In this document: positions 1 through 14,627 of the stretch, one piece after another | Layout of the letters: each line of letters begins with the position of its first letter | Numbering within the stretch: position 1 is the stretch's first letter | NCBI RefSeq assembly: GCF_018977255.1 | Contig: NW_024704743.1 | Span: 112,904,001-112,968,000, forward strand | DNA length: 64,000 nucleotides | Origin: Callorhinchus milii | Taxonomy: Eukaryota | Direction: 5' to 3' | Program-made: the position numbers and the translations under genes | Notes under the pieces: model-generated | The model's input: only the letters and a program-made list of their open reading frames with translations | Database searches by the model: none | Told to the model about the DNA's origin: nothing

Positions 1-1559
1 GGCATGTCCACGACAACTATTTTCCAGTTATCTTTATTGCTTGATAAGCAAAAGTAGCCTTAGAAGGTGCACGTTCATTGCCTGATTGGACCATTTCTGA
101 AGATCCCCTCCAGGCATACTAGTTAGCGACATGATAGTGACAGTATTGTCTAGCACAAATGTAAAAGAGGCATTTGTCACAGGTGAAAAGCAGATAATAA
201 TAATAATAATATAATAATCCTTGCATTTGATATAGCGCTTTTCACGTCGGGAGGACGTCCCAAAGCGCTTGATTGAACTGCCTTAGTAATATTAGCTGGT
301 ATACAAGATGGAACAATTAATAATCCCTCCATTTGGTATAGCGCCTTTCACGTCAAGAGGATGTGTCAAAGCAATCCACAGGATATACTGTAAAGTGGAG
401 TAACTGTGTTTTTGTGGGCAAACAAGACAGCCAATTGGCCAATAGCAATGTTCCACAAACAGCCATGATCAATTTTATTTAGAGATTGTTGGCCAGGACA
501 CCTGGTGAAACTCCCTTCTCTTTTCAACTGGTAATATGGGATCTTTAACATCCATCTGAACAGGAAGTGAAGACCTTGATTTACAACAACAACTTGGATT
601 TATCTAGCGCCCTCCACGCTGGACAGCATCTCAGAGCGCTTAAACATCACATCTCATACTCACATCAATATAGATGAAGCAATCTTTAAGCACAGTGGAG
701 TTTAAAAAGCATTTTGGGGAAAACGGCAGGATAAATTATACTGTGGAAAAAAGTACATCTCCAGGATTCCCACATTGACTCTCAAGAACAATAACAACAA
801 GATTCCATTTATAGAGCGCCTTTCACATCGGGAGGACGTCCCAAGGCGCTGAAGAACTCACTTCCATGCCATTCTTGTGTCGGAGCTGAGTTCTCCCCAG
901 TGTGTAACCTACATTAAATTCAACGTTGTGGAATGCTACAATACTTAAAACTAGTTTTAACTTAAAAATAAAATGATAAAATTGTTTGTGATATTGACAA
1001 ATGTAAATGTCGGATGCTACCAATGAAATTTGATTTGTTTATGGTCAATAGGATATCTGACACAGGCGGAAACTCATTACTGTGCTTAAGTATCCAAAGT
1101 AGTCAGAGTTCCACCTATGTATAACACGTATGCATGACAAATTAAAGAATACCACATCCATAAGCATTTCAGATATAATCACTAAGCTATAGGACTCGTG
1201 GAAGAAATGCTGGGCAAGTTTCCTTACTCCGCAAGCCGGTTGTTAATCAATTAGCAGATTGCTTTTCCCGTAGTAATAATCCCTTTTTTAAAAAAATAAT
1301 AAATTACTGTAACTGTTTAAATTACCAATTATATGAAAAAAATCATATTTGATTCTAAGATGATTTTAAAGTGATATATTTGCATAGTAACACTTGTCAG
1401 AATGGTTTGCTATATATTTCTTTGCATTTTTACTGCTGTGTTTATAACACTCCAAAGACAGTTACACAAAATGCAAAAAGTGTACAGTGAAATGCCCTGA
1501 GAGTCTGCAAAGAAAATAATTGTCACAATGTGAGTTCTGTGTTTTTTTTCCCTTTATAG

Positions 1560-1858
1560 CCCAGAAGGGAATTCTCCATCTCTCCCCTGATGTTTATCAG
1601 GAGATGGAAGCAAGTCGCAACAAGGCAGCTCCTGGTGTTGCTATAAACTATCTGACATCTACAGAAATGGACCAGGGATCGAGTTCATTTTTCAGCACCA
1701 CGAGCCACACTGCAACCATTGCGAGGGAGCTTCTCATGAATGGAACATCCCCGACTGCTGAAGCTATAAGCTTGAAAGGAAAAGCACCTACTTCCCCCTG
1801 TTCAACAGTACAGCCCTCTCAACAGCTCGAGTACTTAGCCAGAATTCAAGGCTTTCAG
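1560..1858 (+). CDS. STAU2: Staufen2 internal coding exon (TBD/SSM region to start of dsRBD5), 299 bp
   Basis: Translates QKGILHLSPDVYQEMEASRNK...ATIARELLMNGTSPTAEAI...VQPSQQLEYLARIQGFQ, recognised as Staufen2. Acceptor ttttttttccctttatAG (1558-1559), donor GTggga (1859). Upstream exons lie outside the window. Confidence 0.96.
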
Positions 1859-2981
1859 GTGGGAAAGTGAAATTGTTGAACAACTATTCATTTTATCAAA
1901 CATGAAGCTAAACTCATTATTCTAATCAGTCACATTATTTGGCTTATCTAAATTGGAGTCAGTGAAATGATTTGAGGTTCACTGAGTTCAAGCCCTTCTA
2001 CATGCGATCATCAGCACTTTCTTTCTCTGTACATCTGACTTTTAAGTGAAATGCGAAATGCTGTGAAACATACTCTTAATCCACTAGCATTTATTAACAA
2101 ATTAAATTTGGTGGTCTTTAAAGGGAATTTGTGAAACTTTCTAGCGAAAATCAAATACAAATTTTTGCAAGTTAAAATCAGTTTAGTACTTTTACTCATG
2201 AAATCACTTATACCGTAGAAAAATTGGGAGCATTCAGTAAGCTGTCCAAAAACACTGGAGATTTTGTAAGACAGCTTAACTTTGCTTGAACGGTTTGAGC
2301 AATATTTCACTCGGATGTATTTAACAAATTATGTGGTGCAGTCAAATTAATGACATTAAAGTTTAGTACATGTTCAGTTCTGGTCATTATTTTCAGAGAA
2401 ACTTTAAAATTTAATTTCATTATTATTTCACATGACTAAAGTACTTATGTTACAGTTAGTCACAATGACTGCTAAGTTTTTTTCCAAGATTCTTTCCTCC
2501 TATTTTTGCTGGTCTATTGATCCAAACTTTTAAGAGTCCTCTAATACCTCTCCCAATTAGTCTTTGTTGAAACACTGACAGTAAGTATGAACAGACTAGT
2601 CAAGCCTGATTCTGTGCACACCCACCTGCTACATACCTGCACTTTCCAGCAGAGGTCACTGAATAGCAATCAGAATGGGACCCTTGCCTTGTCTCTAAGA
2701 CCAGATTTAGTACCCCCATCTAGCAATAGCTATAACTTGCTGGTGTGTTTGACATAATGCCATAACAGGTAATGCCTTTACCCACAAAACCATCAGGGGA
2801 ACTGGTTGCAAAGTTAGTATTAGAGATTTATTTTCATTCTTGGTTATCATCAATCAGTATATTGCTTAATGTGGGTGGTTAGGTGGTAACCTGGGTCAAT
2901 AGAAAAGTGCGCCCCCAATTTCCCTGTGGAATCCACTATAAACACCCTCATCTGTGCTGCGGAGCGGCTCCTGCTGTTGAG

Positions 2982-3228
2982 ATTGTCTGTGTCTCTGTGT
3001 GTTTGTGAGTGTCTGTGAGTGTATCTGTATGTCTCCTCTGTGTGTGTGTCTGTGTGTGTTTATGAGTGCTTCTGTGTAAATGTCTATGTGTGTCTCATCT
3101 CTGTGTGTGTATCTCTTTGTGTATGTGAGTATGTGTGTCTCTTTCTCGCTGTCTCTCTCTGAGAATGTGTGTCTCTGCGTCTGTGAGTGTGTGTGTGTGT
3201 GTGTCTCTCTCTTTCTCTGTCTGTGTGC
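2982..3228. repeat. Degenerate compound (TG)n/(TC)n microsatellite
   Basis: Directly visible dinucleotide runs; explains the HT/RE/CV-rich ORFs here. Confidence 0.95.
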
Positions 3229-4884
3229 AGTGCCGGGCCATGAGAGGCAGGAGATGGTGAACTCCTGTAGCCCCACAGTCCGAACACTGGTCCTGAATGT
3301 CTGTTTTTTGGCGGATCTCCAAGTCCTTCCCCCCTCCAAATGGACCACCCAGTTTTTGTGAAAGACGAAATCTAATATGTGTTATTTCCTCATGTTTAGT
3401 TTTTACCATTAAAGTGAAAAAATATAGGTTGGCAGTAAAATGTACCTCAATAGCACCAATTAAATTCCTCTGCAATTTTTGGTAAATATTTCCACACTTT
3501 TCTATTGCTCAGGTGGTATCCCTTTGCCATGTTAAGTTTCCAAACCAAGCTGAGAGTTCTGAATATGCCTGACACCTGCACATGGAAATTTCCCTGTGTT
3601 TGCAATGGAATGTATCCCCTCTCCCTAGAATGATGGACCCTGCCAAATTTCGAAGTGTATCAGGTACAGGTGGACACGAACCAAGACTTAGAGACTCCAC
3701 AGTACATGTTGAAGTACTGCTGGAGTTTAACCAGCTAAAACGCATAGCTTGCCATTGAGAGTAGTGTCTGGCAAGCTTCCCACTGCTTGTCCAGCCAGGA
3801 CCACCCTGTCATTAGGGTTTGGACTCGCAAGTTAACAGGAGCTGAGTGGGAAGAATCTCTGCACAGTGTTTTGTAATTATTTGTAGGATGTATTACAAGG
3901 ATATTTAAAGTGACATTCAGCTATTCAAAATTTAGCTTGATGTGAAGCAATTTACCTCTGCAGTTACAGCTTTAACATTTTAACTTACAAATTAGTGGTA
4001 GCGGTAAAGGAAGTAATCAAGGAAGGTGTGTGTAAATCATGGTGTTTAGCATGCCAAAGCGTTCTTCAGGAAAATGATAGAATTACTGGCACCTCGTCTC
4101 CGGAAAAAGTGCCTTGTGATGTATATCGCATGCAGGGAAATGTATGTAACCCACACTTAGAAGTCTTTGGCTCTGAGGCAATCTCAGTTGAAGCCAAAGT
4201 TTTGTAAATTGGCATGTTGTACATAAGGTTCCCTGCTGGAAACAAGTTTGTCAGGTGCTCTTTTTCAACCTCACTGTTGTAATAAAACCCCACATATTAC
4301 CACAGCTTTTCTTATCATTATTCTCGGTCTCAGCCTTCTCTGTTGTTGTTCTGTTTTCTCCGTCTGTATTCTTGGCCTCAATCTTCTCAGTCATTAATAC
4401 CTTCTTAGTCATTACTTGGTCATATTTTGTCTAAATAAACAGTCAACCAACATCAGGCTCCAGTAAACCAAGAGGACTGTAGGCGTGAATGCGTAATATT
4501 GCTGGTTCGCAGTGTGGTTTATTCTTAGTAATTTCACTCTCTATTGGGCATCACAATAAAGCAGCATGCTTAGATTAAAAAAACGAAATGTTTGGCTGAA
4601 TAATGTTTGAGTTCAATATTCAAAACAGAGATTTTTGTTGCTATAAGTCCTGGACCCTGTTGGTGTATCATGTTAATAGAATGCCATGTGGTCGAGTCGA
4701 CTGACTTGCAGTAAAGCTACACTGTTTCATAAAATCAGACATTGTGTTCACATTGTGAAGCTTCGGTAGTAATTATAGTGGTCGATGAAGAGGCAAGTGT
4801 TTTATCTACAAACAATGTAATTTACATTTGTATCATGCCTTTCATGTCGGGAAGACAACTCAAAAGTTCTTAATTTTTTATTTT

Positions 4885-5345
4885 TTTGTCAGCCAGATGT
4901 GTGGCACATGCAGAAACCCATCACCGTGCTTAAGAGTACCAAACCAAACTGAGATTTCCATGCATCCTACCTACACATGGAAATCCCAGAGATAGATTGT
5001 TGGAATGGAATGCACACTCTCTCCCTGGAGGGACGGAACGCATCCTGCTTTCCTAATTCCGGAAAGTATTAGGCACAGGTTGGCAAGAGCCAAGGCTTGG
5101 GGACCCCAGAGTGTGTGTGTTGGGGTACTGCTGGAGTCTAACCTGCTAAAACCGCATAGCTTGCCATTGATATTGCTGTCCGGCAAGCTATCCCGCTGCT
5201 TGTCCAGGACCACCCTACCCGTTCGAGCTTTGGCTTGCAGGGTTAACAAGAGTTGAGTGGAATGACTCCCTGCCCCTAGTGACTGGTCTGCCCTTCCAGG
5301 TCCTGCCGATGATAGCAGGTGTGCTATCACCAGCAGTGCCTGGAA
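4885..5345 (-). repeat. Unclassified old interspersed repeat of about 450 bp (best copy)
   Basis: Alignable by eye to 3525-3862, 27445-27845, 32790-33245 and 40700-40985 (shared gctaaaaccgcatagcttgccattga and gcagggttaaca). Strand is inferred from T-runs at the left end. Confidence 0.75.
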
Positions 5346-6350
5346 TACTGCTCAAAGTGTTTCAATGTAGGCTGGGCAACTAAGCTGGGGTGGAAGCTGA
5401 AGGGAGTGGGAAGGGGAAAAATGACCAGAAGTACAATTGAAGAGGTATGTTTTGAGAAGGACTTTGATCAAGGGTGAGAGAGAGAGTTAGAGGGACTTGT
5501 GGATGCAGTTCCAGAGCGAGGGCAGATTGGCTGAAAGTCCATCCGCTGCTGGTTAGGGCGGTGGGCGTGAAGCAGGCTGGTGTTTACTTAGTGACAGTAG
5601 TGGCTGGGTCGGTTGGATTGAAGTAGGTTGTGGAGATAGAGCAGGAAGGGATTTGGAAGTGAGAACGAGAATCTTGAATTCGATCTGCTGGGGAATGGGA
5701 AACCATGAGAATTGTATGAATGCAACAGAAATTCTGTTATGGTACTTCAATGACAATGTGCTCATGGCTTCGATTCACATCATATAACCAACCATAGGGG
5801 AAGAGAATCAGGTTTACAAATTGGAAATTTATCTGAACAAAGATTTCTGCCATCATAACTGAGAATTTGAGAAATCAGAAAAAAAGTTATAGTCATGCAG
5901 CTTCACTTATAACTGTGTCAAAAAAATGTAAGACAATTCTGGTAAATCCGAATGGTGGTGTCACAAAGAGGCTAAAGTGAGGGAGCCCTTCACACTGAGT
6001 CCTTACTATAGAGAATATTCAGGTCATTATTGGATTTACAACCTGTAGGACGTTAAAATATCAGAGGCAAAAAACGCTATGGAAGAAATTTTCAGAAACA
6101 TAATGTTACAAGATCAGTCAAGGTTTCCATTTCTGATTGCTTTGCAGGAACCCCTGCTAGATTGGATTAGGCTTGGTTGTAATTCCCATATAGCTGAATA
6201 ACTTATTGACACTCACTAAGTAGACTCACGCATGACCATTGGCTCTCGAGTTTTGTGTACTGACCTGCTGGACTGCTGGACTTGCACAGATTGGTTTAGG
6301 TTTTATTCCTATTCTGAGCTGATTTTAGTCAGCTTGATGGTGTGGGCACT

Positions 6351-6660
6351 ATAATAATCCTTGCATTTGATATAGCGTTCTTCACGTCGGGAGGATGTCC
6401 CAAAGCGCTTCACAGAACACACTGTAAAGTGAATTGACTGTATAGTTGTGGGCGAACGCGGCAGCCAATTGCGCACAGCAATGTCCCACAAACAGTTGTA
6501 GATTGAAAATGACCAATTTTTGTTATTGTTTTTGGAGGGATTATTATTAGGCTCTGTGTGGAGTAAGGAAACTTGCCCAAGGTTTCGCCCTCTGCCTGGA
6601 ATTGAACTCAGGTCTCCCGCTTGCAAAGCGAGTGCTCTAACCACTGAGCTACAGGACTCC
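6351..6660 (-). mobile_element. Young full-length tRNA-derived SINE (tRNA-Ala-like head, partial Deu-like core, L2-like tail)
   Basis: Minus strand begins GGAGTCCTGTAGCTCAGTGGTTAGAGC (A box), has a GTTCAATTCC B box and ends in (TTA)n. Near-identical to other copies in the window. Confidence 0.92.
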
Positions 6661-9600
6661 ACATAGATATATTTCTCTCCATTTTCCTTTTTGCCCACCA
6701 CACACTTAAAGATTCAGTGATTTTGAAGTAATTACGGCACTTTTCAGCAACTTATTAGGATGAGCAGATCAATGAACTATATTTGGGGTCAGTGAACGTG
6801 GGCTAAAGAGAAGAATACGTAACCAAGATTTTTTTTCCCCTCATTTCTATTCACTGACAACTGCTGGGAAATGTATCCAAGTTTGATCGGGTAGTTGCGA
6901 ATCATCATATGTAGGAAAGGGGAGAGGAGGGATTTATATTCAAAAACATAAATGGAGTTTATGTGAATATGACTGTTTGGGCTCAGATCTATGTGAAATT
7001 ATGGGTGTTCAAAGATAAATTGAATAAGAATACACAACATTTTCCAGAATATTATTGAGGTTTCTATTGATTGTTGCTGGGGTTACATTAATAACAGCAT
7101 ATGATAGATATTCAATTGTCCAGCAGTAATACCAAAATACAGCAACATTTTTTTAGAATACTACATCTGTTGCTGATTTTAGACCGTATTGTTTTCCATG
7201 TTATGTTAGAAACTATGAGATATTCAGTTGCATGTTGCTTTTATCTTGCAAGTCCCATAATATGTCCCGATTAACTATATGAGAATGAGTGTTTGCACTC
7301 TTCATCTTTGAACTGTCACACTACAGCTCCACAGTCATTTACTGTATCATGAAATATTTAGAGAAAAGCAAACAAAACCACAGAATGGTTCTTAATACAC
7401 AAAGTTCTCTAAATAAACTGAAATACATTGTAATTTTTGTTCTCTTGATGTTGAAATCCTCTTGCATTCGTAAAATGCTTTAGCAAACTTCCTCCCAGTA
7501 AAGTTAACAATCCATCCAGAAAGACATAGTGTAAATCCACACGGAGTCCAGCCTGTACCACATCGCGTGACAAAGTATGAAATGTGACGAACAGATTCTA
7601 AACGAGCCCCTTCCTATGTTTTGATATAAAAGATTTAAATTCAAATCTAAACATTTAAACCTGTGCTCGCCTCTTTTGTATTCTGTATTACAGTGATCAC
7701 ACGTTCTCAGTTGCTTTAAAATGAAACTTGTTCAAAGTAATTCATTTGAATCCTACATATTTTGTAGTGTTCAAACATATGGTATGTGTTGCTGTTCCAG
7801 CAAAGACTGCTTTTTAAGTTAATTTTGAAGAGCCTCATAGTCCCAGGTCAGTGCACTGGAAATATTACTACATGATGGCTTTTTAACTAGTCAGCTGAAA
7901 AAACTCCTTGAACTCTGTTTGTCTTATCTTATTTTAAAACACTATCTCTCCCTATTTCACACATTTCTCTTCCCCATTCCCCTTCGCCATAAAAAACTAT
8001 CCAATTCTTAAAACTGTCCACACTATCTGCTTCCAGTGCTGCCCAGGGCAAATGTTACATCTTCTCCATAAAGCAATTGAATTTAAACTCTTTATTTACC
8101 CTCCGATTCTGAGTTTGAGACTATGATCCCTTTCTGGCAACCTCTTGACCATATTGAATAAGATATTGGAGTCTAGTTTTTTAAATATACTTTAGCCTCC
8201 TGAAGGTGCTATAAAATCATCCTTCACTGTCTTCTCTCCAATGTAAACATTCCCAGCTTCTGCTACATTTTCTGTGCTTGGACAGAATTTTGAAACCCAT
8301 ACGTAACTTGGTAAAATAAGTTACAAATATTTTTCAGTCACAAATAGTTAAAAGGGAAAGTTTTTTTTTAACTTCTGTGCCTAAGAAGTTATCAACTTGT
8401 CTGTTTTTGAACAATTTATGCAGATTTTTTTCCACCATAAATTTGGTAATTAGAAGCTGCCAACATTTGGCGTGGTGCATTTAGACCATGATTTAGATTT
8501 GCAATATTTATAGACTCAAACAGAAGTCGAATTGCTTGATATCCCCCTCCATCTCATAGTGATTAGGGTCCATATAAGTGTCTCCTGTCATTTAATACAA
8601 ATCAGCACTGAAACTTGCCCTTTATTGGTCCCAAATATCCCAGTTGCCTTAATATAGAGAGACAGTAAAAGAGCATAAAAAATGGTGATAAAAGTTTTAT
8701 AAAATATGAATGGAAGAAGGACTTTTGTAATTATTTGATCAGAATATAATGTACAATTTTGTGATAGCTTACTGTAACTTAACCTGATGTTTTTTTGTGA
8801 ACATTGTTGCATGAAAAAGGCAATGTCCCTGTTACATGACTTTTCGGACATAGTAATCATAATCTTACATGCAAGTGAAACAAAACAGTTTAGAGTTAGC
8901 GTAAAGTAGCCGAGTGAACTTTTCTTGGTGGATTTTCAATGCCAGTCAATGACATGTTGAAGAATCTGCACAACTGATTTTGTGTTTGAAGGTAGAGACT
9001 GTTTAGTAAATCAACTGCAAGTGAAGGAACACGTTGCAGAACACTCACCCATAGCTCAGCTAGGATTCGGTTTTTTTAAGCTTCTATCTTACTGCAACCT
9101 CTTATAAGTGCACTTTCAGCAACAAACATTAATATTAATATAATGTGAAATTGGTGCATTTTGTTGTGATCAACAAAAATTACCACCAAAGTTTGTCAGT
9201 TGCACTTTAAAAGTTATCTTTGTTCTAGTCAAATGTCAGTTTGCGTTGGTGAATACTATCCATTGGATAGCCCACTGTTACAGACCTATCAATCTTCCCT
9301 CTGCAGACAGGTAAAAGCATAGCTAATCTGGGATCCGAATAGTTTGTGCTATTAGAGGAAAAACAATTAGTGTCAAGTCTTATAGATTGTTTCACAGTAT
9401 ATAACTAGTTCAGACCCAGCTAAGAGTACCGGTAATCAAACACATGTTTTGTTTGACATGATGATTGGGTAATATATCACTTAGAAATGTATAGTCCTTT
9501 ATCTTTCCCTAATGATGTAGTAAGAAATCCTTTTAAATTCTGGATGTTTTTCACGCTCTCCTTGGGACGGTCCACAGGGGGGTGACCACTAGAAATGTCT

Positions 9601-12600
9601 GATGGACGTGATGTTAGTCTGTGTCCTGCTGAGATTAGTAAAACACTAAATTTAGTGGTCCCACACACATCAAGGAACTCCAGCGTTGCAGGAAATGGCT
9701 TAATGTTTAAGTTTTTTGGAATCTTTATTCTTTGTAGAGTTGGGAGCAGAAGGATGCCCTGGATCACTGTAAGAAACTAACATACGCAACTGGTGGTTCT
9801 TTTTATTACTAATATTCTAAACTTTTCAAATTGATCTTATACAAAATATGAGTGCTGTTACCATTCCACATCCTTGCCAATGATGTTGGATTTCAGTGGC
9901 AGTTAGTACACTTTAGACACTTGTCCAGCATGGAAACACAGTCACACATATGTNAAAAAAATCACAACCACTTGATAAAGTGGTTTGCATTACAAATGTA
10001 TCATGAACTCACAAAGGTGAATTAGCTGGATTTTCCGGCTGGCAAACTATGAGCAGTGTTACCAGCAGACTCCAAATAATTCTCAGGTTCTTCTGCTTAA
10101 CATCACTGTCTTAATATTTAAAAGGGTGCAGAATTTTAGAAGATGGTTTTAAATTCAATAACAACAACAAAGACTTGCATTTATATAGCGCCTTTCAACT
10201 CAGTGAGCTTAATTCAGACTGTGTTTGGAACAAATATTTGTAATACCAAAAAAGAACTGTAGAAAATTTCCCCCGTATTAAGACAAAATTTGAGAATATT
10301 TTCCAAATTTCTGTACAATCTTAAATCAAGCCCTGGATCAGGACTTTAAGGTCACACTCCAGACTGTGCTCTATTGCAGGGCAGCACTGCATTGTTGGAG
10401 GTACCATCCTTTGGATGAGACGTTAAATCGTGGACTTGTTTGCTTGTTCAGGTGATTGTTAAAGATGCCATAACACTGTTCAAAAGAGAAGACCAAAAAC
10501 TTGTTCATTCACTCCATGGTTGAAAACATGAATTTTAGGTCCGCCGGATTTTGCCAATACCAACCTAGCTCTAGCAGAAAGAATGGATGTAGAAGAATGA
10601 AAATACATCTTATATAGGGAATCCCATATATATCACCCCAAAATGAAACAGTGGAGTTCTCACCAGTCCGTGTGATGTACATGTGTTTCACTGCACTAGA
10701 TGACTTCAGATCCCAGTGCAATTTTACCTGCACTCATACATTTTCCTTGTGGTTTTACCATTTTCAACTGCAGTTTCCAGGCTCAGTAAAGGGTCTCAAC
10801 AATTTATACTGAACTGTTCAGGCCAAATCACAATGCAAAAACAGCATACGTTCAGTGTGAGTCACATAAATGTGAGGCTCGTGTTGGAGGCCAGCTGTCA
10901 AGATCACCTTCATAGGGTGTTAGCAGGACAACAATTCACACCACTGATGTAGAAATACAGATAATGAGAATTGAAGGTATGTTTCACAAAGTTAACACCT
11001 GTGAATGGAGCTCTGCATTCGCTTCATTACAGACCTCTCAAACTAACCCCTTCCACCTTACATGATAAGAAAAATTGGGAGTATGGAATATAAATATGGC
11101 TTCCAGCAGTGTAAACAGGAATGTTTTGGAACAACAGGCCAATCAGTTGATCATTGCAGTGTTGATAGCAACCCATTACCAATATTTTTATGTACTTAAT
11201 GCAGAACTTGTCAAACATTTTGGTCAGTCGGATGTTTGACATATAGATAATAGTATCCCAACTAGACTATGAGTTCCACATGTCTGCTACCTGTGATTGG
11301 AAGTTACCCTGTGTTAGGGAAAGAGGGCACACTCTTAGTGCTAGTCCTCCTGTGCTGAACAGGAAGTACTCATTCCTTTGTTTGGTCTTCAGAATCGTCT
11401 CAGGTTTAATACTCGTACCGACTTTCTGCTCTGCTAGCTGTGGTAATGAAATTGGCCCCAGCAATGCTGAAAGCCTGTGAAGTTGTGACTTAAGAGATTT
11501 AAACCTGGAACTGCAGGAGGGAGGAAAATCCAGCTCCATCTGTATTAAGGATCCATTCACTCTAAACCGGTGTTCTTCTGCAATATGTGAAGAGTTAAGC
11601 AACTTATTCACTTTATGATTACTTGTGGGATCTTGGTGGCACAAAATAGTCACTACCATTAACAATAATTACTTTAAAACATTTTGAGGTGTTGAATCTG
11701 GTGTCTTTTCTTACTTTAGTTTCAAACGTTTAAGCAAAACATGCTCTAGCCTTACATGTTTTTCTAAGAGCCAGTCAATATTTTGAAGAATGTGTTTGAT
11801 ACAATCTTTTGGCAATCAAAACATTTCCGTTCTTGATTCATTCCAGTAGATTTTTAATAAACAGTCTATTGTTATACAGCCCAGAAGAGACATTTAAACA
11901 AAATTAGATTTTCTGATCCTAGCAGCCAACAATGCTTGAATGATATATCATTATTATGGATCCTGTTAGTGGGGCCAATACGTAGAAAGGTTTTAAACCT
12001 AACCACCATTCTTACAAAGTTGGTCACTCACTGTTAAGTTTATAAATCCTGCAAATTGCAGGATCTCAGACCAGATTTCACGGTAATACTATGGATGTAG
12101 CTGTTAGTGAGTCTGTGCCTCCAGTGAGAGTGCTTTATCCAAGGATGCTAATGATCGCATTTTTAGCAGATTTTAGCCTTTTTCTCTATGAAAACATTTT
12201 TTTCATATTTGCTTCTTGTTTTTAAATCAAAAGGGCATTTTGACATTAAATGCTGTCCTGTTATTTGTGCACTTGTCTATTAAGTGATGCACAATGGAGA
12301 TACGGTGAGTTTGCAATCTCAGCTAACTTGCAGCACACTTCCAGCACTGCATTGGAGAGTTAGCATAGATTAAATGGGGCTTGAACCCAAAGTTTTTGAC
12401 TCGGAGGCGAAAGTGCTACCAACTCAACCAGGCTAATACATGGTGGTGCAAGGATGCACAATATGTTTTGCAATTTTTCAGATCAACAATCATATTTTGC
12501 ATGACAATATTGTTCCAAGATCTATTAATGAGTGTAGCCCAATACAAGACATAATTCAGTGATAGAGAAATCCTTGACTTCTCCCTGGTACTTGAGATTA

Positions 12601-14513
12601 ATTAACATAATGAGAATATTTTAGATAAACCACCAAATGTGAAATTAAGGTTATCAAAGGTTTGTGGGATGCATACCTCAAATAGTTTTTTTGGTTTAAA
12701 TTAAATAATGTAAAAGATCTAGATTTGAACCTCAGTGCACAATTTGTAAGCGTTGTGTTCAGCCTTTTATATCACAATTAAGGAAGATTATATCAGTGGC
12801 CTTTGACAAACTATCCTCGTAAATGCAAGGTTCGATGAAGGTATTAGTTTATCGGTGCATAACTATTAAATATCAGTACATAACTGTCAAATAACAGTGT
12901 GTCATTTGACTGTTATAATCAGTTTTTCAACATAACAGATGTATTTATCTGTGTGTTTAATTTGACTGAAGCTTACAATCTGCAGCTTAATACACCTGGT
13001 GAAGTGAACCAATATAAATTTGAAATCAGAATTTACAGAGCAAGAGACATGTGAAGCTACCTGCAGATGGTGTATGATGCATGTTCATCTTAAGTTCAAA
13101 TATTTGGTTTAAATTTGATTTGGTACACTACCAGCAAGTTAACTGGCATGTGAGAGGGCAGGCTGGTCAGAGTAGCCTGGCTGGAATTTAAATTGAACGT
13201 TAAGTGAAATTATAAAACTTGCAACCGGAAATTTGAATGATTGACTCTAGTGGTTAATTCAGTATATGTCCATTTCTCTTATAGCATGATGGAACAGAAC
13301 ATCACAAATGTCATTCATATGTATATATATATATATATATAACTGCCCAATTATTTTCACTCCATTGGCATATGGTCTGCTAACTGGTCTGGCCTCCTCT
13401 TTCTGGGGTGAAATTACACTGGCACTGGTTGCCTCCACCCAAGTGACCATTGTGTGGCTCTAACCACCCTCCCTGGTAACCTGTTTCAGTTGTTAATTAC
13501 ATTCTGCATAAAGAAATATAATGATCCTTCCCTTTGATACAAAGCCTTATCACTTCTCAAGGCACGTCACAGTTTTCTATAGGCAAATATACCAAAACGT
13601 TGCCTGCAGCAATGCAATGAATCACCAGTTTTTATTATCAGGAAATGTTGGCCAGGACACCAGATGAAAAGCCCTTCTCTTTTCAAATAATGTCACAAAT
13701 CTTTAGTGTCTACCTGAACAGACAGATGGGACCTTGGTTTAATGACTGAATGGCACCTCCGACAATGCAGCACTCCCCCAGCACTGCATTGGAGTGTCAG
13801 CCTAGAATTTCAATTCCTACTCAAGCGAAAATGTTACCAATTAAGCCTGGCTGACATCCTATGCTTACGCTCAGCGTTTCTCTTGAATCTAACGTTTGAG
13901 TGGATGCATGACCTTGTTTCCCATGTATTTTTCTAGCCTTGAAAGGACTTTGCCCTATGAGAAATATTGCATAGTCTAGTAACTAATCATTGCAAAGGAC
14001 ACTTCACATTCATTGAGGGCCGATTGGTAAAGATTTAAATATTGTAACTTTCCTTGAGAGTGTCTTGAATTGGACTTGACCTCAGCTGAGTTCACCCCAT
14101 CAAAATACTATTTCCAAACACTAATGGAATTCATGTTATACTTTGCATTTGAATGACTAATATAATTGAGGCCGAAATTCTACCTAGCTGCCTTACAGTT
14201 TGAGATTGCAGGTTGTGAAAATACTGAAATTCAGTCTTAATATGGAAGCCAGTTTTCTGTAATTCCCAATTAAAACTGAATTTAAGAATGTTCTGCAATT
14301 CTGCTAGATCTTAAATATTTTAAGATTCAAATGGCCTTATAGGCTTAGACTAGGTGGAATTTTGTAAAGTTGATGTGTTCATGACACCCAGCGGAGTATT
14401 ATGACAAAGGAATTACTTCTTTTTATTTCTTTACTCATTGTTTTGTCCAAATATCGCAGCTTGAGTTTATATGACCATAAATTTCATTTTCTGTTCGCTA
14501 TCTATTCCTTCAG

Positions 14514-14627
14514 GTGCAATACAGTGATATGCAGAACGGCAAAGAGTGTATGACCTACCTGACACTTTCACCTATACAAATGACTTTTCATGGCATAGGA
14601 AACTCTATTGAAGCTAGCCGTGATCAG
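14514..14627 (+). CDS. STAU2: Staufen2 114-bp phase 0-0 exon encoding the middle of dsRBD5 (likely cassette exon)
   Basis: Not in the ORF track; read by hand as VQYSDMQNGKECMTYLTLSPIQMTFHGIGNSIEASRDQ, resembling mammalian VHYCDRQSGKECVTCLTLAPVQMTFHAIGSSIEASHDQ (recalled). Acceptor tattccttcAG, donor GTatga. Confidence 0.93.

Noticed and set aside
2872..3351. Possible short inverted repeat (tgggtggt / accaccca) around the microsatellite suggesting a MITE
   Set aside because: Only 8 bp and no clear target-site duplication.
2896..3475. Overlapping ORFs of 67-150 aa rich in HT/RE/CV
   Set aside because: Translations of the TG/TC microsatellite.
6590..6660. tRNA-Ala-like sequences with A and B boxes
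   Set aside because: SINE heads joined to core and tail; the acceptor stem does not pair as in a true tRNA gene.
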